Source of the DNA: Octopus sinensis
Taxonomy: Eukaryota
Assembly (NCBI RefSeq): GCF_006345805.1
Contig: NW_021831887.1
Span: 1-34,479, forward strand
Length of the DNA stretch: 34,479 nt
Direction: 5' to 3'
Numbering within the stretch: position 1 is the stretch's first letter; the number at the start of each line of letters is the position of its first letter. Below, piece by piece: positions 9,570-21,924 of this stretch. The position numbers and the translations under genes were made by a program. The notes under the pieces were generated by a model. That model was given only the letters and a program-made list of their open reading frames with translations, was not told where the DNA came from and did no database searches.

Positions 9570-9738
9570 TCTATCTCTCTGTCTTTCTGTCGGTCTGTTT
9601 GTCTGTCTCTCCGACTATCTACCTACCTTACAGTCTGTCCGTATGTCTTTCTGTCTGTCTATTTATCTAACTATCTACCTGTCTGACTGTCAACCTTCTT
9701 ACCTTCTTACCTACCTACCTACCTACCTACCTACTTAC

Positions 9739-9812
<74 letters not shown>

Positions 9813-9979
9813 GTCTGTCTGTCTGTTTGTCTATCTATCTGCCTATTTGTCTGTCTGTCTATTCATCTATCTATCTGTCTACATGTCTGTCTGTCTGTCT
9901 GTCTGTCTGTATGTATGTATGTATGTATCTGTCTATCTATCCATCAATTTATTTATCGCTCTGTCTGTCTGTCTCTCTC

Positions 9980-10072
<93 letters not shown>

Positions 10073-10190
10073 ATATATATTATATATATATATATATGCA
10101 TATATATATGCATATATATATATATATATGCATATATATATATATGCATATGTATACATTTATATATGCATGAACGTATGTGAGTATGCA
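9570..10190. repeat. Compound microsatellite (CTAT/CTGT/CCTA)n followed by (TA)n
   Basis: Seen directly in the sequence. Confidence 0.95.
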
Positions 10191-10579
10191 TGTTGCGTGC
10201 GTAGTATATATATAGGTCAGCTGGCTTATGCGCGCGCGTTTTTCTGTGTGTGTGTGTGCATGTGTGTATAACTGTGTATACGCGCGCGTGTACGTGCATG
10301 TGTGTAATCACACAATCATACATTGCTGTTTCTAAAGAATTTCTCTCAATACAGCTCATGTGCAAATGATTGTATTGTTTATACTGAAAGATATCTCCTC
10401 TCTAAGTCCTTTCTACGCCATTACAAATCGTTCACAGAGCGCCGATCTAGCTTCCAAATGAGATTATGTTCAAGAATTAAGCCCTGTTTTGCTTATCCCA
10501 CTAGATTTGTGTCTTAGCTCTAATCTACAGCGTTTGTTTTTGAGAAGGATCAAAAGCGTCTTAATTTTCATTGCTGTCG

Positions 10580-10614
10580 TCAGCTTTTGTTGTTGTTGTT
10601 GTTGCTGCTGTTAG

Positions 10615-10648
<34 letters not shown>

Positions 10649-11021
10649 GCTGTTGCTGTTGCCGTTTCTATTGTTGTTGCTGCTATTGTGTTTGTCGTTC
10701 TTGTGTTGTTGTTGTCGTTCTTCGTTATGATGACGTCGATGAGGATGACGGCGACGACGACGACGATAGCAATGATGATGATGGTGGTGGTGTAGGTGGA
10801 GGTAGTAGTGGGGGTGTTGGTGATCGCAGTGGTGGGTGTGGAGGCGACGACAGTTGTGATAAGGACAATAAAAGACGACTAGGATGACGATGATGGTAAT
10901 GATGATGATGATAATGTGGAGGAGAAGGTGGAGGAGGTGGAGGAAGTGGAGGAAAGAAGGAGGAGGAGTTTGTGGACTCCCGCATCGGCGATAACGTTGA
11001 CGGCAATGATGACGGTGGCTC

Positions 11022-11082
<61 letters not shown>

Positions 11083-11233
11083 GGTGGTGGTGGTGGTGGT
11101 GGTGGTGGTGATAATGTGGAGCAGAAGGTGGAGGAGGTGGAGGAAGAGGAAGAAAGAAGGAGGAGGTTGTGGACTGCGGCATCGGCGATAGCGTTGACAG
11201 CAATGATGACGGCAGCGATGGTGATGATATTGG

Positions 11234-11313
<80 letters not shown>

Positions 11314-11470
11314 TGATGATGATGATGACGAAGATCATGATGATTAATAATAAATGATGATTAATAATAGATGATGATAGATGATCATGATGATCATCAT
11401 CATTATCATTCTGGGGCTACGATTGTCATTATGGCTGTAGACATCGTTATTATTATTATCATCATCATCA
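10580..11470. repeat. Compound trinucleotide repeat (GTT/GAT/GGT)n with a duplicated ~120-nt purine-rich unit (10910-11030, 11110-11232)
   Basis: Seen directly in the sequence. It is the source of the poly-His/Asp/Met ORFs. Confidence 0.9.
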
Positions 11471-11591
11471 CGCTCATCATCATCATCCTCACCATCATCA
11501 TGATATAGATCTTGATGATTCGTTGTTATTGTGGATGCTGCTACTGCTGATGCCGCTTCAGCCATTCCTGCTACAACAGTGATTAAATCTG

Positions 11592-11980
11592 CTTGAGCTG
11601 GTAGAATCGTTAGCGCGCCGTGCGAAATGCTTACGTTCTGAGTTCAAATTCCATCGAGGTCGACTTTGCCTTTCAACGTTTCGGGGTTGATAAATTAGAT
11701 ACCACTGGGGTTGCTGTAATCGACTAGTCTCCTCCCACAAAAGTCCAGGCCTTGTGTCTTTAGTAGAAAGGGATTATTATCATTATTACTGCGGCAGGCT
11801 GGCAGAATTGTTAGGACGCCGGGAAAAGTGCTTCACGGCATTCTGTCCGTTTCTAAGTTTTGAGTTCAAATTCCGCCAAGATCGACTGTACCTATTATTC
11901 TTTCGGTGTCGATAAAATAAGTACTAGTTGAGCAATGGGGTTGATGTAATTAACTAACCCACATCCCTAAAATTGCTGCT
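11592..11980 (+). mobile_element. Two tandem diverged family B-like SINEs
   Basis: GAGCTGGTAGAATCGTTAGC..GAGTTCAAAT (11592-11785) and GCGGCAGGCTGGCAGAATTGTTAG.. (11791-11980). Confidence 0.75.
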
Positions 11981-12316
11981 TTTGCGCCAATCGAAGGCGG
12001 AGGTATTGTTTTCAGTTGTGTTTGTTTGTTTGTTTGTCTGTGGAGAAGATATCTCAAGAACCGCTTGATGGATTCGGATGAAACTTTCAAGAATGTTTGG
12101 CCTCTTGACTGGTACGAACTGATTAGATTTGGGGATCGATCCACAACCGGACAAGGATTCTGGATTATTTTTCCGGGTTCATTTTTAGTATTCTTGTTTG
12201 TGAGAGCAGTCGAGTTTATTTCACATATCCTCATTTAAAAAATATTCTCCGGCTAATCGTTAAAAGGACGTTGGTGTTGCCCTGGCGGAGCTTTGCGCTC
12301 TCTGAGTGTTCTTGTT
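11981..12316 (+). mobile_element. Helentron-type (HINE-like) non-autonomous element
   Basis: Subterminal inverted motif CGCCAA..GGCGGAGG near the 5' end and CCCTGGCGGAG near the 3' end. (GTTT)n follows the 5' end, and there is a terminal stem-loop GCGCTCTCTGAGTGT in a TT-rich context. Confidence 0.6.
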
Positions 12317-12332
12317 ATTACTGTTATTATTT

Positions 12333-12522
12333 AAGGCAGCGAGCTGTCAGGATCATTAACACGCTGGGCAAAATGCTTACTGGTATTTCGCCCGTCGTTA
12401 AGTTCTGAGTTCAAATTTCACCGAGGTCGACTTTGCCTTTCATCCTTTCAGGGTCGTTAAATTAAGTACCAGTGAAACACTGGGGTCGATGTAATCGACT
12501 AGTCTCTTCCCACCAAATTTCA
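12333..12522 (+). mobile_element. Family B-like SINE
   Basis: AAGGCAGCGAGCTG..CTGAGTTCAAATTTCACCGAGGTCGACTTTGCC.. Confidence 0.8.
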
Positions 12523-12584
12523 GACTGAACCCGGAACCATGTGGTTGGTTAGCAAGCTACTTACCACACAGCCACTCCTGCGCC

Positions 12585-12585
<1 letters not shown>
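12523..12585 (-). mobile_element. Family A SINE head fragment
   Basis: Reverse complement of AGGCGCAGGAGTGGCTGTGTGGTAAG..GGTTCAGTC. Confidence 0.8.
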
Positions 12586-12619
<34 letters not shown>

Positions 12620-13788
12620 GTCATTTACTTTTAATCTGCATGTTTGATGCAATCACCTGCCGGGGCACACCCAGCGCCCTAGGGCAAGTGAAGGTTAAGA
12701 GTTGTTGAAATATAGCTGAAAGCTTGGGGAGGGGAAGTAGAGATATATCTCCATGTAATGCAAACACAAACATTTACATTGATAGGGTTTTTCTAAGGAT
12801 GTGGGCAGTACTTGTTAGCACAATCTTTTGGATTTCCTTGAGACATGGTTTTCCAGGGATATTGTCTAGGTGTTTCTGACATCCCTTTTTTATCATACCT
12901 AGGGCACCTACAATAACAGGAACAGTTTTTGTTTTAAGATTCCACATCCTCTGTATTTCGATTTCCAGGTCCTTATATTTACTAAGTTTGTCAAATTCCT
13001 TTACAGATACATTTTTATCAGTGGGGACGCTTACCTCTATTAGTCTGCAGGTATTTTCTTCCCTGTCTTTAACAATTATGTCTGGTCGATTAGCCTTAAT
13101 CGTTCTGTCAGTGTTGACTGGAAAATCCCAGAGGATGGTGACATCTTTACCTTCAACAACTGGCTGAGGATGGTGTTCATACCATTTAGCAGGAGTGTCG
13201 GATTTGTAGTGTTTACATATCTTCCAATGTATATACTGTCCTACCCTATCGTGGCGATTTTTGTATTCGTTTGGTGTCAGCACAAGACATCCCGAAACGA
13301 GATGGTCTATTGTTTCGTCAAATGTGTCGCAGAATCTGCATTTAGGGTCAGTACCGTTTCGGAGAACGTTAGCCTGGTAATTTCTGGTAAACAAGCTTTG
13401 ATCTTGTGCTGCCATTATGAAGCCTTCAGTCTCTGCTTTCAATCCAAAACTCTTACTGATGGGTTGTTGCTTGGTCTACACCAGCATTTTGGCTTCGGAG
13501 AATATATTGTCCATGCAGGGGCTTCTAGCTCCACCGCCTCTCAATTTGATTCTGCCCGTTCTTTTTTGCAGTCTGCTTGATTCGCTTTGCTTGCTTGGTA
13601 GCAGTGATTTCCGGCTCTTCATCTGATTCAAGGTTAATGTCTAGTTCCCTTTCGAACTTATAAGCTTCCTTGACAATAGAATGCAGCTTTTTGCTGCTTT
13701 CGTGTTCGCACACAAGTCGCAGCATCCAGTCCTTTGTACTAGATAGGTACCTGTTCATTCCTACAGTAGAGGTCTTATAGCACAGCTC

Positions 13789-13790
<2 letters not shown>
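12620..13790 (-). mobile_element. R4/Dong-clade non-LTR retrotransposon, 5'-truncated, flanked by (TAA)n
   Basis: ORF 12774-13442 has a CCHC knuckle (CRFC..ETIDHLVSGC) and a restriction-like endonuclease (RPDII..IEV..K..KY), ending TAHILRKTLSM. The upstream frame (13525-13790) is linked through KPLHGQY with one stop and a small deletion. (TTA)n lies on both sides. Confidence 0.92.
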
Positions 13791-13858
<68 letters not shown>

Positions 13859-14170
13859 TAGTAATCTTATTTTTATCACGTGCTTTCACTGCCCTACCGA
13901 GCGCAGCTCTGTGTGCCTTGGGTATGTGCTGTGGTTTGTTATAATTCTCTCATTTTTACTGTATTGAAAGTGTTTTACGTAGGATATTTGCGGTGCCCAG
14001 GTGTGCTATTTTTTGTATGTTATATATACTTGTCAGTCCTGGTATTTTTGTAATGTATTTGTCTGAATATTTTTTATCACACCTAATGCGGCTACTACGA
14101 TAGGAATTGTTGCTGTTTTTAGACTCCATATTCGAGTTACCTCTGTTTCCAGGTCTTTTACCTCTATCTC
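13859..14170 (-). mobile_element. Second R4/Dong-like family, 3' fragment, flanked by (TAA)n
   Basis: Reads KKYSDKYITKIPGLTSIYNIQKIAHLGTANILRKTLSIQ* followed by a distinct 3'UTR. (TTA)n lies on both sides. Confidence 0.85.
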
Positions 14171-14193
14171 CAGGTCTTTTATTATTATTGTTA

Positions 14194-14255
<62 letters not shown>

Positions 14256-14778
14256 GAGTGAGAGAGCAGTGCATGTCATGAAATTGACACTGGGGTAAAA
14301 TATACGAAGCCCAGTATACCCATCATGACTATTCGTCTGATAAAGGCACACCAGGCATATGCATCACAACCATATGTGCGCGACATATTGATTTCATATC
14401 AAGATAAACAGCGCATGACCTTGTAGTTAGAATGTTGATCAGGTCGAGTAGCCCATCCTGCTCAAAACGTCCCTGTTTAAGGGTTGTTTTAGGATGTTGA
14501 ACGAAACACCTATGTTTCAGAGGTGAATTATTCAAACCCAAAATAATCCCTCTCGACATATGGCTATGATTGCCCCCCTCCACTACTCCTGCTCGTGATC
14601 AGAGATGCCCATAATCATAAGCCACTAAGGGGCATGCTCAACTGATTAATGTCAAACAACTGACAAGTAAATCTGTGATATTGAGCAGAATATTTGCTGT
14701 AGCCCATCTTTTATACCAAGACAAAGCAATGTACATGATAGCACTTCCAATCAGTTAAGATCAGAAGCCATGAGAGCC
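14256..14778 (-). mobile_element. ~520-nt non-coding interspersed element ending in a (TAA)n tail
   Basis: The minus-strand 3' end CATGCACTGCTCTCTCACTC is followed by (AAT)n. There is no credible ORF. I recall this as an abundant octopus repeat (not verified). Confidence 0.55.
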
Positions 14779-15285
14779 TTGTGGCTATGGCGAAAGAGGT
14801 TGTTTGGTGGACAAGGCTGAAAGGCATGAGGGCAGATACATTCCACTTTGGTAGAGCTCTCATTGACTTCAAGTTTCACTTGAAAAGGAAATTGAGAGTG
14901 TAGAGGGAAGCGCTGTCCTCGAGTGAGTTTATTGAAAGGTGAGTGAAAGTTGCGAAAATGGCAAGAAGGATGGTACCTGTGAGTCGGAGAGAAGGAATTG
15001 GAGAGGGTACTTGCCCTTGCTGTTCTGGGAAATCTCGGACAGTTGGCTTCCTCGATTATCCCTAGAGGTCATCCTGTATCTGGAGGGCTACATCTCTATC
15101 ATCTTTCCTCACCTCCGCGATTTTTTAACCTTTGTATACTGTATATATGTCCCTTCTTTTTCATTGTATACCGTGTATACTTATTTAAAATAATAATTTT
15201 ATCATTTCATTATATGTAAAGCCCAATACTTTATATTTGTTTCTGTACTGCCCCCCTCATCCTTTACCCTGGAGGCAAATAAATG

Positions 15286-15290
<5 letters not shown>
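14778..15290 (+). mobile_element. L1/Tx1-like LINE 3' fragment
   Basis: Reads LVAMAKEVVWWTRLKGMRADTFHFGRALIDFKFHLKRKLRV*REALSSSEFIER*VKVAKMAR, resembling the Tx1 ORF2 C-terminus (AK..IW..R..F...W). It is followed by a 3'UTR, AATAAA at 15278 and an (ATC)n tail. Confidence 0.65.
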
Positions 15291-15322
<32 letters not shown>

Positions 15323-15377
15323 TTTTGTTGTTATTATTATTATTATTGTTGTTGCTGTTGTTGTTGTTATTATTATT

Positions 15378-15805
15378 GCCTTTGCACAGCTCCTAACGCT
15401 GGAGATGTACTACGGTGTCAGCTGTTCACTACCAGTGGTCTCTTATATTCCTTCTGGGCTAGTAGCGTACATTGACTGGTAATATGCCATACGGTTTCAC
15501 AATAAGTGCAGAATTCTCAAATTCTCAAATTCTGCTCTTATCACTTTCTGATGTGTTGTCTATACTGTATTTTATGTAATTTCTTCTTAGTTCTTGCTCT
15601 TGGGCAGCACAAATTGGAGACTCCTTTCCGGTTTTAAATCCCTTTTAGTAATCCACAGCCATCTTTTTTCTTTTACATCCCTATGAAATTGACCATGCAT
15701 TCTTTTCTCTACCTACCTATTTTCAGTTTCATTCGTTTTTAATTGCTTTTACAGTGCTTTATCTTTGCAATCTTTCATCCTACACAAGCCTGACCTTCTT
15801 ACTTT
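15378..15805 (-). mobile_element. Third R4/Dong-like family fragment, internally deleted
   Basis: Minus strand reads EKRMHGQFHRDV..WLWITKRDLKPE..ICAAQEQELRRNYIKYSIDNTSESDK..ETVWHITSQCTLLAQKEYKR, then a short 3' end and (AAT/AAC)n. Confidence 0.8.
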
Positions 15806-15814
15806 TATAATAAA

Positions 15815-15935
<121 letters not shown>

Positions 15936-16105
15936 TTATGTTTGACTTTTGCTTTACATTTGTACAAGTTGACTCCAAGTCTCACCCAGAGACCTCAAGA
16001 GACAACAAGTTAGAAGTTCGTGTTGGTGTTATGCGTAGGGTGCCATATATTTGGTTTTGTATTTAGTGTTGTTCTAGAGAATGTTTAAGAAACCATAAGA
16101 AAATT
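15936..16105 (-). mobile_element. Possible fourth R4/Dong-like 3'UTR fragment
   Basis: Minus strand CTTGAGGTCTCTGGGTGAGACTTGG..GTCAAACATAA then (AAT)n. This resembles the CCCTAGGGCGCTGGG stem-loop of the first copy. Confidence 0.45.
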
Positions 16106-17534
16106 ATGTGTTTGTTTTAAAACTTGAGATTACATAGAAAGTATTTTGCGTTGGATATGGGCAGTTCCCATGAGCACTATGTTTTGAATTTCTGCCATTT
16201 TGGGGATTCCTAGTATTATTATTACAATTATTAATATTATTGATCTGAAGATATCTCACTTGTTCAAGAGAGAAAAAATTACGATGATGGTGATGATAAG
16301 GAGGAAGAGGAGAAAGAGGGAAGACGAAGATGCGGGAAAAGAGAAGAAAGAGTAGAAAGTGTGATGTTACCTTTCTCATGCTGTTGAATAAACCTATTGA
16401 ATAAAAAGACACAATACAGAATACTTCGGTAGATTAAATACAGTGAAAGCAGTACCGCAGCAAATGACAGCATTTTACGGATCACTAAAGAGATAAGAAT
16501 CACCCTCTTTCTCAACTCCTTTTCTTCTCCTCTCCCTTCTTTCCTCTCTACTCACGTTCTCTCCATTTCTTTCTCCCTTTTCCCCACTTTCCACTCACTT
16601 TCCTTTCTCTATCCTTCCCTCTTTCTTCCCCTTACCATGTCCCCTCTCTCACCCTTTCTCATTTCTTTTTGCCTTTCCCTCTCCTACTTTCTCTCCCTCC
16701 TCTCTACCTACACTCTCTCTCTTTCTCTTCCTCCCTCGCTTCCTTCTCTTTTCTGCTCTCTCTCTCTCTCCCACCCTCTCGTTCTCTTTCTCCTTCTACA
16801 TTCATGTTGACATCAAGTCCCAGACCAGCCGTGACAATGCCGATCTACGATTAAAAGCGGACCATACATATTACCCAATATAATCCTCCGTTATAAAGTA
16901 TACAGAAGAGTGGTTGTTGAGAGGGATTTCATTGGTATTTTCAGCAGATTAAGCAATTTCGAAGAGTCTCCTTGATCGGCTCCTATCCACATAAGAACCT
17001 ACGTTAAATCCTTTTGGGTCTAGGGTACACATTTTATGCTTTAAAGTAAGCTAAATTAAAACATGCCATCAAAATTTTATGCTAATTTACGTCCCATGCA
17101 ACACCAGAATGATGACAAAGTTATTTGATTAAATTCTTCATAATTTTCAAAATTAACTGAAAAATATATATATATATATATATATACCCTGAAGAAGCTC
17201 TTCCCCATATAATAAAAAATGACACCTTTCTTGCCATATAACCAAATGCTTAGAATTTCATATCAACTAGAGGCTACAACTGAAACATATATGTAGGGTT
17301 TTTTTCGCGTCTCTCATTTTCTTTTTGAGCTTTACAACTTTATTTGTATTGTTATGCTTTTCAAAAATTTGAACATCTTTACATCATACAAATAAATTAT
17401 TTATGCATCTACTTTTCTTCCTTTCCTTTCTTTCAATATTAATCATCTGCTTTACTACAATAATACCTAACATATCGCAGAGACTTCCACATTATATGAT
17501 ATATATGCGTGTGTGTGTGTGTGTGTGTGTATGT

Positions 17535-17565
<31 letters not shown>

Positions 17566-17683
17566 GGTGTGTGTGTGTGGGTGGAAATGATAAATCTCTG
17601 AGCGAGATGTAAACAGTAACAGCACAAAACCGTGAAATATATTTGTCACCTAAATGTGGCTGACCCATATGGGACAATACTAT

Positions 17684-17722
<39 letters not shown>

Positions 17723-17966
17723 AGACAGATTGACAAAAATTCAGTTCTTCATATTTTAAAACGGTATCTTTTTCTTCCGTTTACTGGAATCGAGTCCCAT
17801 TTGTCACCGCCTTGAGATGACGTTTTCTAGACTTTTGCCGCTGTTGATTTCATCTTGTCATAGCTACTGTTGCAAATGTCATTGATGAGAAAGTAGCATC
17901 GGTGCAGCGGCGGTGGTGTCTAGAGATGACTCTAGCGGCACACCGGCGGCCGCACCGGTGGCACAG

Positions 17967-18078
17967 CGGCGGTCGCACCGGCGGTCGCACCGGCGGTCGC
18001 ACCGGCGGTCGCACCGGCGGTCGCACCGGCGGTCGCACCGGCGGTCGCACCGGCGGTCGCACCGGCGGTCGCACCGGC
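17967..18078. repeat. GC-rich 12-bp minisatellite (CGGCGGTCGCAC) x ~9
   Basis: Perfect tandem units, with degenerate units upstream from about 17936. Confidence 0.95.
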
Positions 18079-18303
18079 AATAACGATGGTAACAGCAGTG
18101 TCGACGACAGCGGCAGCAGTGGAAGCGGCTGTCTTTACTGCAGATTATGAGGCTGCTTTGATTCACGCTATTGCAACTCGATTTCATTGCTGCCTTCGTA
18201 ACGTTGTCATGTTCTTTATTACTTATGGTCATTTTCTTTAATATACATTGCTAGTAACATAATCGTTGTTGTCCTGTTTTTCGTTGATACAGTTTATCAT
18301 TGA

Positions 18304-18611
18304 CTAGCAGTATCGCCCGGCGTTGCTCGGGTTTGTAAAGGAAATAACTATATAAGCATTTTTAGAGAGTTACTTCCCTTATATAAACCGAGCAAAAAAT
18401 GCATTAAAAGTCTGAAAAAATGATGGTAATTTTTTTTTAAATCGTAGATTAATCGTAGACGCGCGCTAATACCCAGAAGGGCTCGATATGAATCACGACT
18501 ATAAGATACCCGCTTTTGGTTAAACTGCACCGCAAAATGTGGGAGTAGTTAGGAATCTAAATCGTAGAAGACAGCCTCTCACACACACAACTTCAGTTTT
18601 ATATATAAAGA
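18304..18611 (-). mobile_element. Non-autonomous Helitron (copy 1)
   Basis: Minus strand runs A|TCTTTATATATAAAA...CCCGAGCAACGCCGGG hairpin..CTAG|T, giving canonical TC/CTAG termini at an AT target. Confidence 0.85.
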
Positions 18612-19546
18612 TATCTAGTTTCGTCCTTGTCGCCGTCATTGTCCTCGTATTCGCTACTGTTGTTGCTATTGTTCTTGTTATAACGGTTATTGTTCCTCTC
18701 CCAGGTAAATTCCCTGGCAAAACACACCTACGATTAAGGGGATTCAAGCATAGACCATCCCCTCTTCACGCGCCGCGCACACACATATCTACGTATGTAT
18801 ATATGTACATGTATATGTCTATGTGTGTGTTTCCTTCCTATCATAAGGGTTGGTGAATGTGTAGATTTCTGTGTTATTTGACTGCTATTTCAAGCAGGTA
18901 GAGGGACCACATAAGGCTCCTGTTTTCATTGGTATTGTTCTACATTGTCGTGGTCGTCGTCCTCGCTGTTGTCATCAATGCGGCCGTCGACGTCGTTGAT
19001 TTCGTCATAGACGTCGACGCCGTTGTTGATGTCAATGCAGTCGCTGTCGTGGTGATCATCGTCGTCGCCGTTGTCGTTACCGTTGTCGTCGACTTCGTTT
19101 TCACCGCCGTCATCACCCTGGCCGCTGCAGTTGTCGACGTCTTCTCCGCCGCCGCCGTCGTCATCGCTGCCACCGCTGCCACCACGCCGCCGCTACCACC
19201 GTGCTGCCGCTGCTGCAGTCACCGCCGCCGCTGCCGCGGTGCCGCCGTTGTCGCTGTGCCGCCGCTGCTGCCGTACCGCCGCTGCTGCCACCGCTCCCGC
19301 CGCCGCTGCCGCTGCCGACGTCGTCGGCGTCGTTGTTGTCGATGGAGGTGATTTTTTTTGTTTGTTTATCTTTCGGCTATCCTGATGCAAGAAGCCTATC
19401 ACCGAACATACACCTGCCATGTCTACACCGTTTTTCTTTTTTAAACATGCGTTATCTGGGAATGCATTATCTATAGACCTTTTCCATCCACCTTTTTAAA
19501 GACACCAGAATATTTGATATCTATTTGATATATATATATATATATA

Positions 19547-19578
<32 letters not shown>

Positions 19579-19606
19579 CATACATACATACATACATATA
19601 TATATA

Positions 19607-19767
19607 TACGACAGGCTTCTTTCAGTTTCTGCCTACCAAATCCACTCACAAGGCTTTGGTCGGCTCGAAGCTATAGTAGAAGACACTTGCGAAGGGTGCC
19701 ACGCAGTGGGAATGAACCCAGAACCATGTGGTTGGTAAGCAAACTACTTACCACACAGCCACCCCTG
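19607..19767 (-). mobile_element. Family A SINE 5' half
   Basis: Reverse complement of the head and body seen at 7280. Confidence 0.85.
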
Positions 19768-19981
19768 GTTTAAATAACATAAGAGTGATAATTTGCGAAA
19801 AAGTACAACTACTTAGTAGTAGTAGTAGTAGTAGTAGGAGGAGGAGGAGGAGGAGGAGGAGGAGAAGGAGTAGGAGTAGGAGTAGGAGTAGGTGTAGGAA
19901 TAGTAGTAGTAGTAGTAGTAGTAGTAACAACAGCAACAGAGGCTGCTATAACAAAAGTACAACAATGACGATTGCAGTCTG

Positions 19982-20036
<55 letters not shown>

Positions 20037-20544
20037 AACAATAAAGTATCAGTAATCTAGTCTGAAAGGTTTGCATAAATCGAAAGAAAATCTTGCAAGA
20101 TTCTTGGTGGATCAGCTGGCGTAACAAAGAAGATCAACTCCTATATCGGTTGACTATCGTACGAGATAAGAATTGGATCAGCTGACGTCTAATCTGAACA
20201 AGCTATAACACAACAGAGGATCATCTAATACGTAAAGCATTAATGAGATGCTTTAAATTTTATCTCGACACTCACGTGGAAAACTTCGATATTCCACCAT
20301 TTTCTTTCGACCAGTGAAAAGCATTTAGAAGGAAGGCTTTGTGTTGTCTTTGTTGCTGTTGTTGTTATTGTCGTTGCGCGCACGCGCGGTTGTGTGTGCT
20401 CGTTTGCTCGCATGTGTCTGAGCAATGTTAAATTTTGCCAGACTGCTTCAGAAAGAAAAATAGAAACAGTAGGAGTAATTATCTATGTAAACATCCCGAC
20501 GAGCTTACACATATATATATGTCTGCGTATATGTATGTATCTCT

Positions 20545-20560
20545 TCCTCATCTCTTCTTC

Positions 20561-20592
<32 letters not shown>

Positions 20593-20995
20593 CTTCTTCT
20601 TCTTCTTCTCTCTTCTTCTTCTCTTCTTCTTCTTCTTCTCTTCTCTTCTTCTTCTTCTTCTCTTCTTCTTCTTCTTCTTCTTCTTCTTCTTCTTCTTCTT
20701 CTTCTTCTTCTTCTTCTTCTTCTTCTTCTTCTTCTTCTTCTTCTTCTTCTTCTTCTTCTTCTTCTTCTTCTTCTTCTTCTTCTTCTTCTTCTTCTTCTTC
20801 TTCTACCCCCTCTCTCTCTGTATATATATATATATATATATATCGATATAGATATATACATACATACATATATACATATATATATAGTTGCATGTATGTG
20901 CATATATATATGCATACACGCATATACACACAGACACACACATATATACACATGCATACATAAACACACACACATCCATATATACATATATACAT

Positions 20996-21044
<49 letters not shown>

Positions 21045-21150
21045 AACATATGTATACCTGTGTGTGTGCGGGCGTGTATGTATGTATGTGTCTATATATG
21101 TGCATATATATATATATTTATGTATATATACACACTAACACACACACGTA
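20545..21150. repeat. (TCT)n followed by (TA)/(CA)/(TG) compound microsatellite
   Basis: Seen directly in the sequence. Confidence 0.95.
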
Positions 21151-21924
21151 AACACACCACACATATTTGATGAGAGATTGTAAAAAGAAAGCAAATATCC
21201 ATTCGATAATAAAATCCCATCTAATTTCTGTTGTGATTGGCTTCTTGGAGGATAATCTTCTTCCCATCAATGCTTAATTGAAACATCAGATTTTCGTTGG
21301 AATCCAGGTATTTGGTACAACTTCGTAGGATAACGAGGATATAGCTGCTATCTATCCATCATGAGATATCCGATTGTTTAGTGAAGCATCGAAAAGAACA
21401 GCGGATTCGAATCTTCACGTCACAGTTTCGTGGATTTTCCAACAAATGCGAGAGACAGCCTCGCTATTGAATTTAACAGCCAGTATTGGAGGCTCCACTT
21501 GATCGCTAGAAATTACAGCTAAATCTTCTTGAAATTAAGCTCTAACATTATGTTTAAACTATGTGATTAAAGTGTTAGATAATTTTGTCCTAGATGCAGT
21601 TCATCTGAAGGCAGAGCAGTTATAAATTCTATGTGGTCAGTCGGTTTGCAAAAAACAACAGCCAAATTTCCTTAAAGATATCAAATACTCTGGTGTCTTT
21701 AGAAAGGTGAATGGAAAACCTCTATAGATAATACGTTCCTAGATAAAACATGTTTGGAAAAGAAAAAAAAACGGTGTGGTCTTGGCCGGTATATCATCTA
21801 TGATAGGATTCTTGCATCATGATCACCGAATGATAAAAAAAAATCACCTCCATCGACAACAACCACGACGATAACGGCGGCGGCGATGAGGCCGGCGGTG
21901 GTGGCGACGGTGACGGCTACGAAG

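Noticed and set aside
10580-11338. 252-aa poly-Ser/His/Pro ORF and overlapping poly-Asp/Met ORFs
   Set aside because: These are translations of trinucleotide microsatellites open in several frames, with no domain content.
17850-18232. PVRP/GGRT/RRCD repeat ORFs resembling antimicrobial or Cys-rich peptides
   Set aside because: A 12-bp minisatellite is open in all frames, and I found no signal peptide or splice support.
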